Source: a virus | IMG/VR virus record: IMGVR_UViG_3300045988_179251 | Coordinates: 1 to 42,146 of that record | Length of the DNA: 42,146 nucleotides | Reading direction: 5' to 3' (one strand) | Part shown: positions 15,955-22,852 of the stretch, in pieces | Position numbering within the stretch: position 1 is the stretch's first letter | Layout: each line of letters opens with the position of its first letter | The notes under the pieces: generated by a model | Told to the model about the DNA's origin: nothing | Databases searched by the model: none | Seen by the model: the letters and a program-made list of their open reading frames with translations, nothing else | Made by a program: the position numbers and the translations under genes

Positions 15955-16472
15955 CCTTCTACCTCCATGGCCGATGGTGTGACGCCGATCTGCCCCTGAT
16001 AATGCGAGTCCAGACCATTGGTGCCGTACGGCATGCTGGCCGGCCTATCCAAGTCCTCAAAAGCAATCTGCGCAATCCTGTCCCCAGGGTGAAGAAGGGC
16101 GGATTTAGCAGAATGCAAGTTGGCTATCTCCAAGGTTACGTTTCCCTGAAATCCCGGGTCAATGTATCCCGCGGACACGTGGACGAGAATTCCGCGTCGC
16201 GCCCACGATGACTTGCCTTCCACCCTGGCCACTAGATCGGCGGGCACGCTGACTTTTTCCTGGGTGGACGCGAGAATAAACTCACCCGGCAGCAACTCGT
16301 AACCATTCTCGTCAATGGTGACATTCTCGTCACCGTGACGATAGACGATGATATTCTCGTCCAACCGCACTTCTACTGACGCCGGTTGAATAGACAACGG
16401 CTTGCGCCAGTCAGAGATGAGTTCGCCCCAATCGATTCTGCGTCGAAGAGTGAAATCACTCAGTGTAGCCAT
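15951..16472 (-). CDS. dcd: dCTP deaminase family protein (Dcd, or bifunctional Dcd/dUTPase type)
   Basis: IQPASVEVRL, GYIDPGFQGNVTLEIAN and C-terminal HYQGQ match Dcd family motifs. A GGAGGA Shine-Dalgarno lies 8 nt upstream. Confidence 0.8.
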   Translation of the reverse strand: MATLSDFTLRRRIDWGELISDWRKPLSIQPASVEVRLDENIIVYRHGDENVTIDENGYELLPGEFILASTQEKVSVPADLVARVEGKSSWARRGILVHVSAGYIDPGFQGNVTLEIANLHSAKSALLHPGDRIAQIAFEDLDRPASMPYGTNGLDSHYQGQIGVTPSAMEVEG

Positions 16473-16927
16473 TGCGGTAGTCCTCCGTCTTCGTTTTCCT
16501 TGACCATATGGACCGTGTAACCCTTATCATGTAGAATTGTTTCGGCTTCAAGAGCAAGGACGGGCTTCTCTCCCGGGAAGATTTCTATTGTGTCTTCACT
16601 GTGCTTCGACACCACGATTGCATAAACGTACGCATTATCATCCGATGAGTCGTCATAAGTGAGCACATATCTGCCTTTCTCGCGCCAATATGTGCACCTG
16701 GTAAAAGCGACCCCTCCTTCCTGCCGTGAACGTAGAGCAAGTGTTACTTCCTGCACGTGTCGCACAGTATGCATGAGCCCACGGATCGTGGTAGACGGAT
16801 CGGTAGAATTATTTTCGATAGTGAATTCACAGTCGGTGGCATGCATGAACGCAGTCGCCACCCACCGCCCCATGAATTCCACCAAATCAACGAAAGCAAT
16901 ATTAACAATATTCTCCATAACGATCAC
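16460..16927 (-). CDS. Hypothetical protein
   Basis: 155-aa ORF with an ATGA overlap to the upstream gene and a 13-nt overlap with dcd. Confidence 0.6.
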   Translation of the reverse strand: MIVMENIVNIAFVDLVEFMGRWVATAFMHATDCEFTIENNSTDPSTTIRGLMHTVRHVQEVTLALRSRQEGGVAFTRCTYWREKGRYVLTYDDSSDDNAYVYAIVVSKHSEDTIEIFPGEKPVLALEAETILHDKGYTVHMVKENEDGGLPQWLH

Positions 16928-17922
16928 TTCTCTTCTGGGATATAGTTGCTGAGATGATCGTGTGAAATAGCGGACGTGAACTCTGTGAGCCGGTCTCGAA
17001 CCTCCCTGGCACGATTCTCCGGGGCGAGCCGTCTAGCGATAGTGTCCCAGCAGACGCTTCGCAGAATCGCAATCACCGTCTGGTCTCCGTACTCGGCGAC
17101 GAGTTCACGCAGATACCATGCCGCTTTCCCCATGTCAACATTCTCGTCAGCACCATTTTTGTGACCGGCCCTGAAGATATACTTCAGGGCGCTCCCGGTC
17201 AGATAGTCTTTGTAGCGAATGAAGGTGATGGGCTCAGGGTCAAGGGTTACGTAGTGTGATGGATGAGTTACTTCGTTCTCATGCGCATTATCCTCGGCGC
17301 ACCCGCCATTCTTCTCCGCGACATAGAGAGTGTCATCACACAAGGTCAACTCATAGTGCTTCTCGTCGAAAGAGAAAAACTCTTCCTCGCCATTCTTACC
17401 ATTACACCAAATGCACCATTCACCAGTAAAATACCTACTCGTCATCTTGATGGGCGCTTCATAATCGTCGGAGACACGGAGACGAATTAGTTTGCCTGCG
17501 AATTTCACCTCATAGTCGACGTAAGCTTCATAAGGGCCGATTGTCTGCCAATACCAGCCATCGCGCTTATGCTCCAAAGAGACGCGACGACGACTCCAGC
17601 ACGCCACTCGCCGTTTATTAGCAGAATTGCGGACATGCGCCTCCCAGAACCCATCATGCGGCACTACTTTCGAAACATACTCGTACACGCCATCTGGGTA
17701 GTAAATCTTCTCGCACTCATCATCTACGGGTGACACTACATAATCTCCTCTCTCTGTCTGGGTAATCGAATACTCGTTGTACTTGAAATAGTGTCTCTGC
17801 TCTACACCAGCCTGAACAGAATCGAAACCAATCCCAGTGTCGTCGCCGGTTTGCGCTATGATTCTCTCTTTACTGCCATCCGGCAAGTACAGCCAAACCG
17901 GTCTCAAAAATACCGTGTCCAC
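16924..17922 (-). CDS. Hypothetical protein with a C-terminal DUF3310 (SaV-like) domain
   Basis: HPSHYVTLDPEPITFIRYKDYLTGSALKYIFRAGHKNGADENVDMGKAAWYLREL fits the DUF3310 pattern (P.HY ... KYI.R ... K..WYL). The roughly 220-aa N-terminal extension is unknown. The start codon is GTG. Confidence 0.65.
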   Translation of the reverse strand: MDTVFLRPVWLYLPDGSKERIIAQTGDDTGIGFDSVQAGVEQRHYFKYNEYSITQTERGDYVVSPVDDECEKIYYPDGVYEYVSKVVPHDGFWEAHVRNSANKRRVACWSRRRVSLEHKRDGWYWQTIGPYEAYVDYEVKFAGKLIRLRVSDDYEAPIKMTSRYFTGEWCIWCNGKNGEEEFFSFDEKHYELTLCDDTLYVAEKNGGCAEDNAHENEVTHPSHYVTLDPEPITFIRYKDYLTGSALKYIFRAGHKNGADENVDMGKAAWYLRELVAEYGDQTVIAILRSVCWDTIARRLAPENRAREVRDRLTEFTSAISHDHLSNYIPEEK

Positions 17923-17940
17923 AACCGTTTTCTCGCTGTT

Positions 17941-18270
17941 TCAGTTGCCGAGAGTACCGACCGTGGCAAAGTAGGCGAAAAACACCTGAAGCCACCAAAA
18001 AGCACGCCACGCCAGAGACAGTCCAATAATACCAACAATGAGGGCGACTGCACCCATTGCCATACCCTCGACCGTGGGCCGCGGCCTGCGAAGCCACGCT
18101 ATGAAACGATTCGTGGGGCGCGGTGGCGCCATCACACTGAGTGGCACAGGCAGTGCGGGGGGCGCCGGGGCGGGCCGAGGCGGCGGAGGCGGTGCAGGGG
18201 TAGAAGCGCTAGCCGCGGGCGGCGGAGGTGCGGGAGTAGGGGCCGACGGGGCACTTGAAAAAGTAGACAT
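17941..18270 (-). CDS. Membrane protein with a proline-rich N-terminus
   Basis: 109 aa. A Pro/Ala-rich first half is followed by two hydrophobic helices. The upstream GGAAAGTGAGAAACAACTATT-ATG resembles other start regions on this strand. Confidence 0.55.
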   Translation of the reverse strand: MSTFSSAPSAPTPAPPPPAASASTPAPPPPPRPAPAPPALPVPLSVMAPPRPTNRFIAWLRRPRPTVEGMAMGAVALIVGIIGLSLAWRAFWWLQVFFAYFATVGTLGN

Positions 18271-18282
18271 AATAGTTGTTTC

Positions 18283-18471
18283 TCACTTTCCGTTCAGTTC
18301 TGCCATGAGACGGTTGGTCCAACCATCACTGTAATTGAAATTCGTGCGCTTACTGTGGCGTGTGCTTTTGATTCTCTTCGCTCGATTCCTCTTGTGCTCC
18401 TGAAACTCGACTGTCTTGTGACGGACCTCGTCCTCGCGTCCGTCCGTGCGGTGGATTGCCGGGTATTTCAT
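18283..18471 (-). CDS. Small basic hypothetical protein
   Basis: The ATG at 18471 forms an ATGA overlap with the upstream stop. The track ORF extends to 18483. Confidence 0.45.
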   Translation of the reverse strand: MKYPAIHRTDGREDEVRHKTVEFQEHKRNRAKRIKSTRHSKRTNFNYSDGWTNRLMAELNGK

Positions 18472-18863
18472 GATTTGACCCACTCGATCCCGTCGCCGAG
18501 AAGCCCGCGCAGATCATTGATCAGGTTACGGGCGTTCCCGAATTCCTCCTCGCTGATATCGAAGACTCTGTAGACGTTTCCTTTGGTGCAGACGACTAGG
18601 AAGGAATCGTGGGCGCCCTGGGGGGTGAAAACGTTGCGGACGTTTCCGATGAGGGCGGGCCGCTGAACTGGGATGGCCTGTACGAGGTCGGCGCCGGTGA
18701 GAATTGCGACGGCGGTCACTTGCTCAATGGGGATGCCCCGAAATTCGTTCTCGCCTTTCTCGTATCCTTTTGCGGGGAAGTGAATCTTGGTGCCCTTCAA
18801 GTTGGTGAATACTGCTCCTCCTGTAGTTTTGCATGATCCGTATCCGGTGCGACGGCGTGTCAT
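18468..18863 (-). CDS. Hypothetical protein
   Basis: 131-aa ORF preceded by GAGAAGAGAATAATC-ATG. Confidence 0.6.
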   Translation of the reverse strand: MTRRRTGYGSCKTTGGAVFTNLKGTKIHFPAKGYEKGENEFRGIPIEQVTAVAILTGADLVQAIPVQRPALIGNVRNVFTPQGAHDSFLVVCTKGNVYRVFDISEEEFGNARNLINDLRGLLGDGIEWVKS

Positions 18864-18952
18864 GATTATTCTCTTCTCAAAATATGTGCGTGTGATGGTG
18901 GTGGGTGGTGGTGGCCTGTCGTGGGTGACGGGCCACCACCGTTATGTGTGTG

Positions 18953-19249
18953 TCAGTTCTCCAGCCACCAATCGGCCAGGTAGGCGATGGTCTCGTCAGT
19001 CGGGGCAGAAAGTCCCTCGTGGACAATGGTGAATCCGTCAACATCGTACTGCCAGAGTCCCCAGGAGACGACGTCGTCGCACACGTGAAGTCCGAGCGCC
19101 CGCCCGCCATCGGTGGTGCTCCGCTTGAGGCCGATGGTCTCGCCGGTCTCGTCCACCCAGTAGTCCGTGTTGCCCCACGCATTGGCGGCAGTGCCGACGG
19201 CGTAGGCAACATCCTTGTCGGTGGTGATGTTCTCAACGGTGGTGGTCAT
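18953..19249 (-). CDS. Hypothetical protein (first gene of the inverted cassette)
   Basis: The internal ATG at 19249 (MTTTVENI...) is preceded by AGAGAGGACAAGACA. The longer track ORF (to 19339) lacks a Shine-Dalgarno. Confidence 0.55.
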   Translation of the reverse strand: MTTTVENITTDKDVAYAVGTAANAWGNTDYWVDETGETIGLKRSTTDGGRALGLHVCDDVVSWGLWQYDVDGFTIVHEGLSAPTDETIAYLADWWLEN

Positions 19250-19339
19250 TGTCTTGTCCTCTCTATCCCTGGCTGGGCGGCTTGTCCTCCCCGCCGATGA
19301 CTTAATCATGCTCTCACGTGCGCCATGGGTCAACCCCAT

Positions 19340-19456
19340 ATGGGTGGTGACCTATCCCACAAAGCCAACGTTGCGTAGAGTATTGACAGGCACGGTGCGT
19401 GCGTGGTATACGCGCGCGCACGTACCTATATACGCTAAAGGCGTCTTCAACTAGTC
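19340..19456. promoter_or_regulatory. Divergent intergenic region between the inverted cassette and the endolysin gene (candidate promoters)
   Basis: TTGACA at 19383-19388 with TATACG/TATATA-like -10 candidates downstream. An alternating purine-pyrimidine hairpin lies at 19395-19421. Confidence 0.4.
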
Positions 19457-20965
19457 ATGATAAAATTAAAGTCACCGAAAACCTTTACGAAAGGCGGTGC
19501 AAAATTGGCAGATTCCGTCACAGAATATGCTGCGTCGGAAATGAAATATTGGTGCACCACAGGCGACTACGGGGGCACCGGATATGCCCAGGACAACAGG
19601 TGGACCTGCTACTGGAATTCCAATGATGCCGGCTGGAAAACGGGCCCCGGCGACATGGACTGCAGTAGCGGCGTAGCAGGCGCCTACAATATTGCATTCC
19701 ACAATGTCTGGGGCACCGGCTGGGACGACCCGATCATGTTCCCGCGAACCGGCGAAACATGGACCGAAACCCTGAATTCTCTGGCCGCAAATCGCGGTTT
19801 CATGGATATCGGGGACACATGGTACGGGTCCACGCCGTCGGGAGGATTCCATGTCGGCGACCTAGTCCTGAAAACCACCGGAGACGGCGGACATGTCGCA
19901 ATGTGTGTGCGCGAAGACGATGGATCATTCAACGCGGGCGACCCACTCCTCGCTGAGGCGTGGATTAACGAAAATGGTGAAATCTCGGAAGGTCAGATGG
20001 GGGACCAGACCGGCTACGAGACTCACGTAGTCCGGTACAGTAGTCACCCTATGACTGTCGCGGCCTCGTGGTCCACCTGTATCCGTTTCGGAAAGAGGAC
20101 CGATTCCGATAACGGGCACGAGTCTGCCGGCTCGTACCGCCTTTCTTCAATCCAGGAGGCTGTCCTCAGGGCCGCCGATGCGGAGAATTGCCCGTGGTGG
20201 GCCGCCCTGGCGTGCTTGTGGATGGAGACCGGCGAGCGTGGTGCAAACATTTACGGGCATGACGCCGGGGGCGCTGGCCCGCACGGCGAGGAAGTGACCG
20301 AGGAGAATTTTCGTGAGTTCCTTGCTGCGATTCGAGACGGTGAAAACTCGAACGGCGTCGGTCCGTTGCAGATCACTTATCCGGGCTATTTCTTTGATGA
20401 CCCGGATCGTGAATGGTGGATGCCGGAGAAGTCGGCTGAAGTCGGTTGCCGTATTCTTCGTGATCTTATTAACGCGGAAGGCGACAGCTACGAAGCGTTG
20501 AAGCGTGTTGGGTCGCGGTATAATTCAGGGAATCCGTATGACGCGTATGAGTCTTATGGGATTCTTTTCAGTAATCGTTGCAAGTCTTGGTATGATTATG
20601 GTCGTCCGTCTGGGGGCGCCGGAGAGGAATTTTGGGATATGAGCGAGGGTGTTGATCTGCTCAGGGAGATTCGCGATCTTTTCCGTAGTGGAAAGGCGGG
20701 GGATCACTTTGCGGGCGACATGAATTGGTACGCTAAGGCTACCTATGAGGAGGTTAAGTCTATTCACGCGTCCGTGGATCAGATTCTGCATTCTGTGACT
20801 CCGGGTCAGGAGAATGTTCGTGAGGCGGGTGCGATTTATGGTGCCGTGAATGAGATTCGTAAGGCGGTGTCGACGCCGTCGTCTTTGCAGGCGCATGATG
20901 GTGTCGCGGAGTCTCCGACCCCGGAGTCTCCCGCTCCGGCTCCGGCTCCGGAGCAGAATTCCTGA
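19457..20965 (+). CDS. Endolysin with an N-terminal Cys/His peptidase-like domain and a central lytic transglycosylase (SLT/lysozyme-like) domain
   Basis: DCSSGVAG ... GGHVAMCV resembles the CHAP/NlpC-P60 superfamily. WMETGERG ... GVGPLQITYPGY ... YNSG resembles an SLT domain. The roughly 130-aa C-terminus is unknown. Confidence 0.75.
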   Translation: MIKLKSPKTFTKGGAKLADSVTEYAASEMKYWCTTGDYGGTGYAQDNRWTCYWNSNDAGWKTGPGDMDCSSGVAGAYNIAFHNVWGTGWDDPIMFPRTGETWTETLNSLAANRGFMDIGDTWYGSTPSGGFHVGDLVLKTTGDGGHVAMCVREDDGSFNAGDPLLAEAWINENGEISEGQMGDQTGYETHVVRYSSHPMTVAASWSTCIRFGKRTDSDNGHESAGSYRLSSIQEAVLRAADAENCPWWAALACLWMETGERGANIYGHDAGGAGPHGEEVTEENFREFLAAIRDGENSNGVGPLQITYPGYFFDDPDREWWMPEKSAEVGCRILRDLINAEGDSYEALKRVGSRYNSGNPYDAYESYGILFSNRCKSWYDYGRPSGGAGEEFWDMSEGVDLLREIRDLFRSGKAGDHFAGDMNWYAKATYEEVKSIHASVDQILHSVTPGQENVREAGAIYGAVNEIRKAVSTPSSLQAHDGVAESPTPESPAPAPAPEQNS

Positions 20966-21093
20966 CACAGCATATTGGCATTTATCGCGGCCTGTTCGCT
21001 TGCTATTATGCTGAGTGTCGTTCCACGATAGATGTGACATGCGGGGAGCTTCACTCTCTTCCCTCTCCGTGATCTCCTGTGGTAGTGGTAGAT

Positions 21094-21143
21094 CAGGTCT
21101 CCGGACGGTCAATGAATGATCGTCCGGAGACCTGCTTTTGTTG
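21094..21143 (+). terminator. Rho-independent terminator after the endolysin gene
   Basis: CAGGTCTCCGGACG (21094-21107) pairs with CGTCCGGAGACCTG (21121-21134) and is followed by CTTTTGTTG. Confidence 0.75.
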
Positions 21144-21221
21144 TGTGTTATACTCTCTTCGTACCGCTTATTGGTTAATACACAAATATTTTCCTACGCG
21201 TTCCGACGGTGCAACAAGAGA

Positions 21222-21293
21222 ATACTATCGCCCTCACGTTTTCCTACATTTTTCCCTTAGCAGCTCTAAGAGTTAACGTGGGGGCGATAGTAT
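21222..21293 (+). promoter_or_regulatory. Structured leader (long-range 17-bp helix plus inner hairpin) ending 12 nt before the 21306 start
   Basis: ATACTATCGCCCTCACG (21222-21238) pairs with CGTGGGGGCGATAGTAT (21277-21293) with one mismatch. The inner hairpin is CTTAG-CAGCT-CTAAG (21256-21270). Confidence 0.45.
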
Positions 21294-21305
21294 ACAATCC
21301 ATCTA

Positions 21306-21536
21306 ATGAAAGTGAAAATTAGGGTGACTAAGTCGCTTTATGTTGCTACTATTTTTGCGGCTGTCATGGTGACGGCAAACACGGCGCTCATGGTGTATGA
21401 AGATTTCACCAATGGCACTATGAATGTGACTCGCGATTCTCTGTGGTGTATTGGCGCGATTATTCTATGGGCTAGTGTGCGCACCGTACGATTCATGCGG
21501 ACTGTCGGCTACCATCCCGGCTTCCACAGAAAGTAA
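21306..21536 (+). CDS. Small two-TM membrane protein (lysis cassette; holin-like candidate)
   Basis: 76-aa ORF with two hydrophobic helices and a basic C-terminus. Confidence 0.55.
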   Translation: MKVKIRVTKSLYVATIFAAVMVTANTALMVYEDFTNGTMNVTRDSLWCIGAIILWASVRTVRFMRTVGYHPGFHRK

Positions 21537-21543
21537 CTAAAAC

Positions 21544-21590
21544 ATAACATTCCCCGCCTAACAACGATAACGTTAGGCGGGGAATGTTAT
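21544..21590. promoter_or_regulatory. Perfect 19-bp hairpin between lysis-cassette genes
   Basis: ATAACATTCCCCGCCTAAC (21544-21562) pairs with GTTAGGCGGGGAATGTTAT (21572-21590). The loop is 9 nt and there is no clear U-tract on +. Confidence 0.6.
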
Positions 21591-21649
21591 ATAATAAGTG
21601 CTGCAGCCATGCTGAAACAATCATAGCAAAAGAGGACATTAGATATACG

Positions 21650-22018
21650 ATGCTCAATTTCTTGAACGATGTCCTCTCCGACGCCACCCTAGTGGCTTTG
21701 GCTGCCCTTACCGGCACAATTTTCTCGAACGTGACGCAACGCAAAAATGCGCGGGACCAGGAACAGATCTCAATACTGGACATTACTGTCCGATCTCTTT
21801 CTGAGAGAGTGACTGCCCTGGAAACCAGTCTCGCGGCCGCCGAAAGAGCTGCCGACCTGGCAGAAGACGGCCGCCGACGGGCAGAAGTAAAGTGGTGGGA
21901 GGCCGTCTCTTTCGCGCACACTGTTCTCGATTGGGGTAGGTCCCTGAAAATTCTGATACCATCTGATAAAGAGGACTCAATCCCTACCGAGCCTCAAATT
22001 CCGGAATCTATGAGGTGA
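21650..22018 (+). CDS. N-terminally membrane-anchored coiled-coil protein (lysis accessory candidate)
   Basis: The ATG at 21650 is preceded by AAGAGGA. An N-terminal TM (LVALAALTGTIF) is followed by a helical Ala/Glu/Arg-rich segment. Confidence 0.55.
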   Translation: MLNFLNDVLSDATLVALAALTGTIFSNVTQRKNARDQEQISILDITVRSLSERVTALETSLAAAERAADLAEDGRRRAEVKWWEAVSFAHTVLDWGRSLKILIPSDKEDSIPTEPQIPESMR

Positions 22019-22027
22019 TTCATAAAT

Positions 22028-22261
22028 ATGTTTACTCCTGAGGTCCGCAAGGCGCTTTACGCTCTGCTCACCGCCGTTCTCGGTGTTTTTGCCGCTTTCA
22101 ATGTTATTTCTGCGGATCAGGCATCTCAGTATGCTGACGCTGTTACCCAGATTGTCGGTGCTCTGACTCTGGCGCTGGCTACGTATCACACTCGCCCTGG
22201 CGCGGCCGGTGGCCGTCACGCTGCCGGTGAGGGTGAGGCTGTCGAGGACAAGGTCGCCTGA
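22028..22261 (+). CDS. Holin-like two-TM protein
   Basis: 77 aa. MFTPEVRKALYALLTAVLGVFAAFNVI ... IVGALTLALATY followed by a charged tail is a pattern common in actinophage holins. Confidence 0.65.
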   Translation: MFTPEVRKALYALLTAVLGVFAAFNVISADQASQYADAVTQIVGALTLALATYHTRPGAAGGRHAAGEGEAVEDKVA

Positions 22262-22279
22262 CCTCCGCTATTCATAGAA

Positions 22280-22334
22280 CACTACTGCCCCCGCCGACTG
22301 TTCGGTAGGGGGCAGTAGTGTTTCACGTGAAACA
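22280..22334 (+). terminator. Rho-independent terminator of the lysis cassette, fused to a palindrome copy
   Basis: CACTACTGCCCCC (22280-22292) pairs with GGGGGCAGTAGTG (22308-22320). The T-rich tract that follows is supplied by TGTTTCACGTGAAACA. Confidence 0.75.
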
Positions 22335-22358
22335 TGCTCCCGTGTTTCACGTGAAACA
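22319..22358. repeat. Two further copies of TGTTTCACGTGAAACA (22319-22334 and 22343-22358)
   Basis: Exact 16-mers separated by 8 nt. They lie between the convergent lysis cassette and the RuvC-like gene. Confidence 0.95.
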
Positions 22359-22359
22359 T

Positions 22360-22845
22360 TCACCGTCGCTCCACGTCGTCACCGATGATGCGGGCGATCA
22401 CCCCCTCGTCATGGCGTTTAGTGACTGCCCACAGGAAAAGATGACGCCCCGCATCCCGCGCGTCATCCGCATCCGGCTGGCTAACGTCGGTTCCGGTGGG
22501 CCAAAAACCAAGGGACTTCAAAACATGGTCGGGCATGGTTGTTTTCGCCATTGCGGGAGTTTGCCACACAATATCTCCGATCTCCCATTCCAGTACGGAG
22601 TTGATTTTTACTGGGGTGAGGTCTGCGAGGAAATTGTTGCCCGGTCGGAGATCGAACTGTTCGCACACGACAATGTCTGGGGCGAATTCGTTTCGTGTGG
22701 CCAGAATGTCGTAGGTGCTGGCAGTCCAATGTTCATACTTGAATTGTTGGACATGAATGATTGAGGATTCGTGGTCGTCGTGGAAGTCTCCGATGACGAT
22801 TCCTGTTGATTTGCCTGGGTCAACGGCCATCACGCGCTCTACCAT
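22360..22845 (-). CDS. RuvC-like Holliday junction resolvase
   Basis: AVDPGKSTG, VVCEQF and DADDARDA provide the acidic catalytic residues in RuvC order. 161 aa. Confidence 0.75.
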   Translation of the reverse strand: MVERVMAVDPGKSTGIVIGDFHDDHESSIIHVQQFKYEHWTASTYDILATRNEFAPDIVVCEQFDLRPGNNFLADLTPVKINSVLEWEIGDIVWQTPAMAKTTMPDHVLKSLGFWPTGTDVSQPDADDARDAGRHLFLWAVTKRHDEGVIARIIGDDVERR

Positions 22846-22852
22846 TCTATTC

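Noticed and set aside
18953-19339. Longer 128-aa version of the first cassette gene and longer versions of 28601-28918, 31375-31839 and 33200-34234
   Set aside because: In each case the upstream extension is Arg/Gly-rich or low-complexity, and an internal ATG has the conserved purine-rich start context or an ATGA overlap. The shorter forms were therefore annotated.
20525-21112. 195-aa minus-strand ORF overlapping the endolysin 3' end and the downstream terminator
   Set aside because: It gives an Arg/Leu/Thr-rich low-complexity translation antisense to a confident gene, and it runs through a terminator hairpin.
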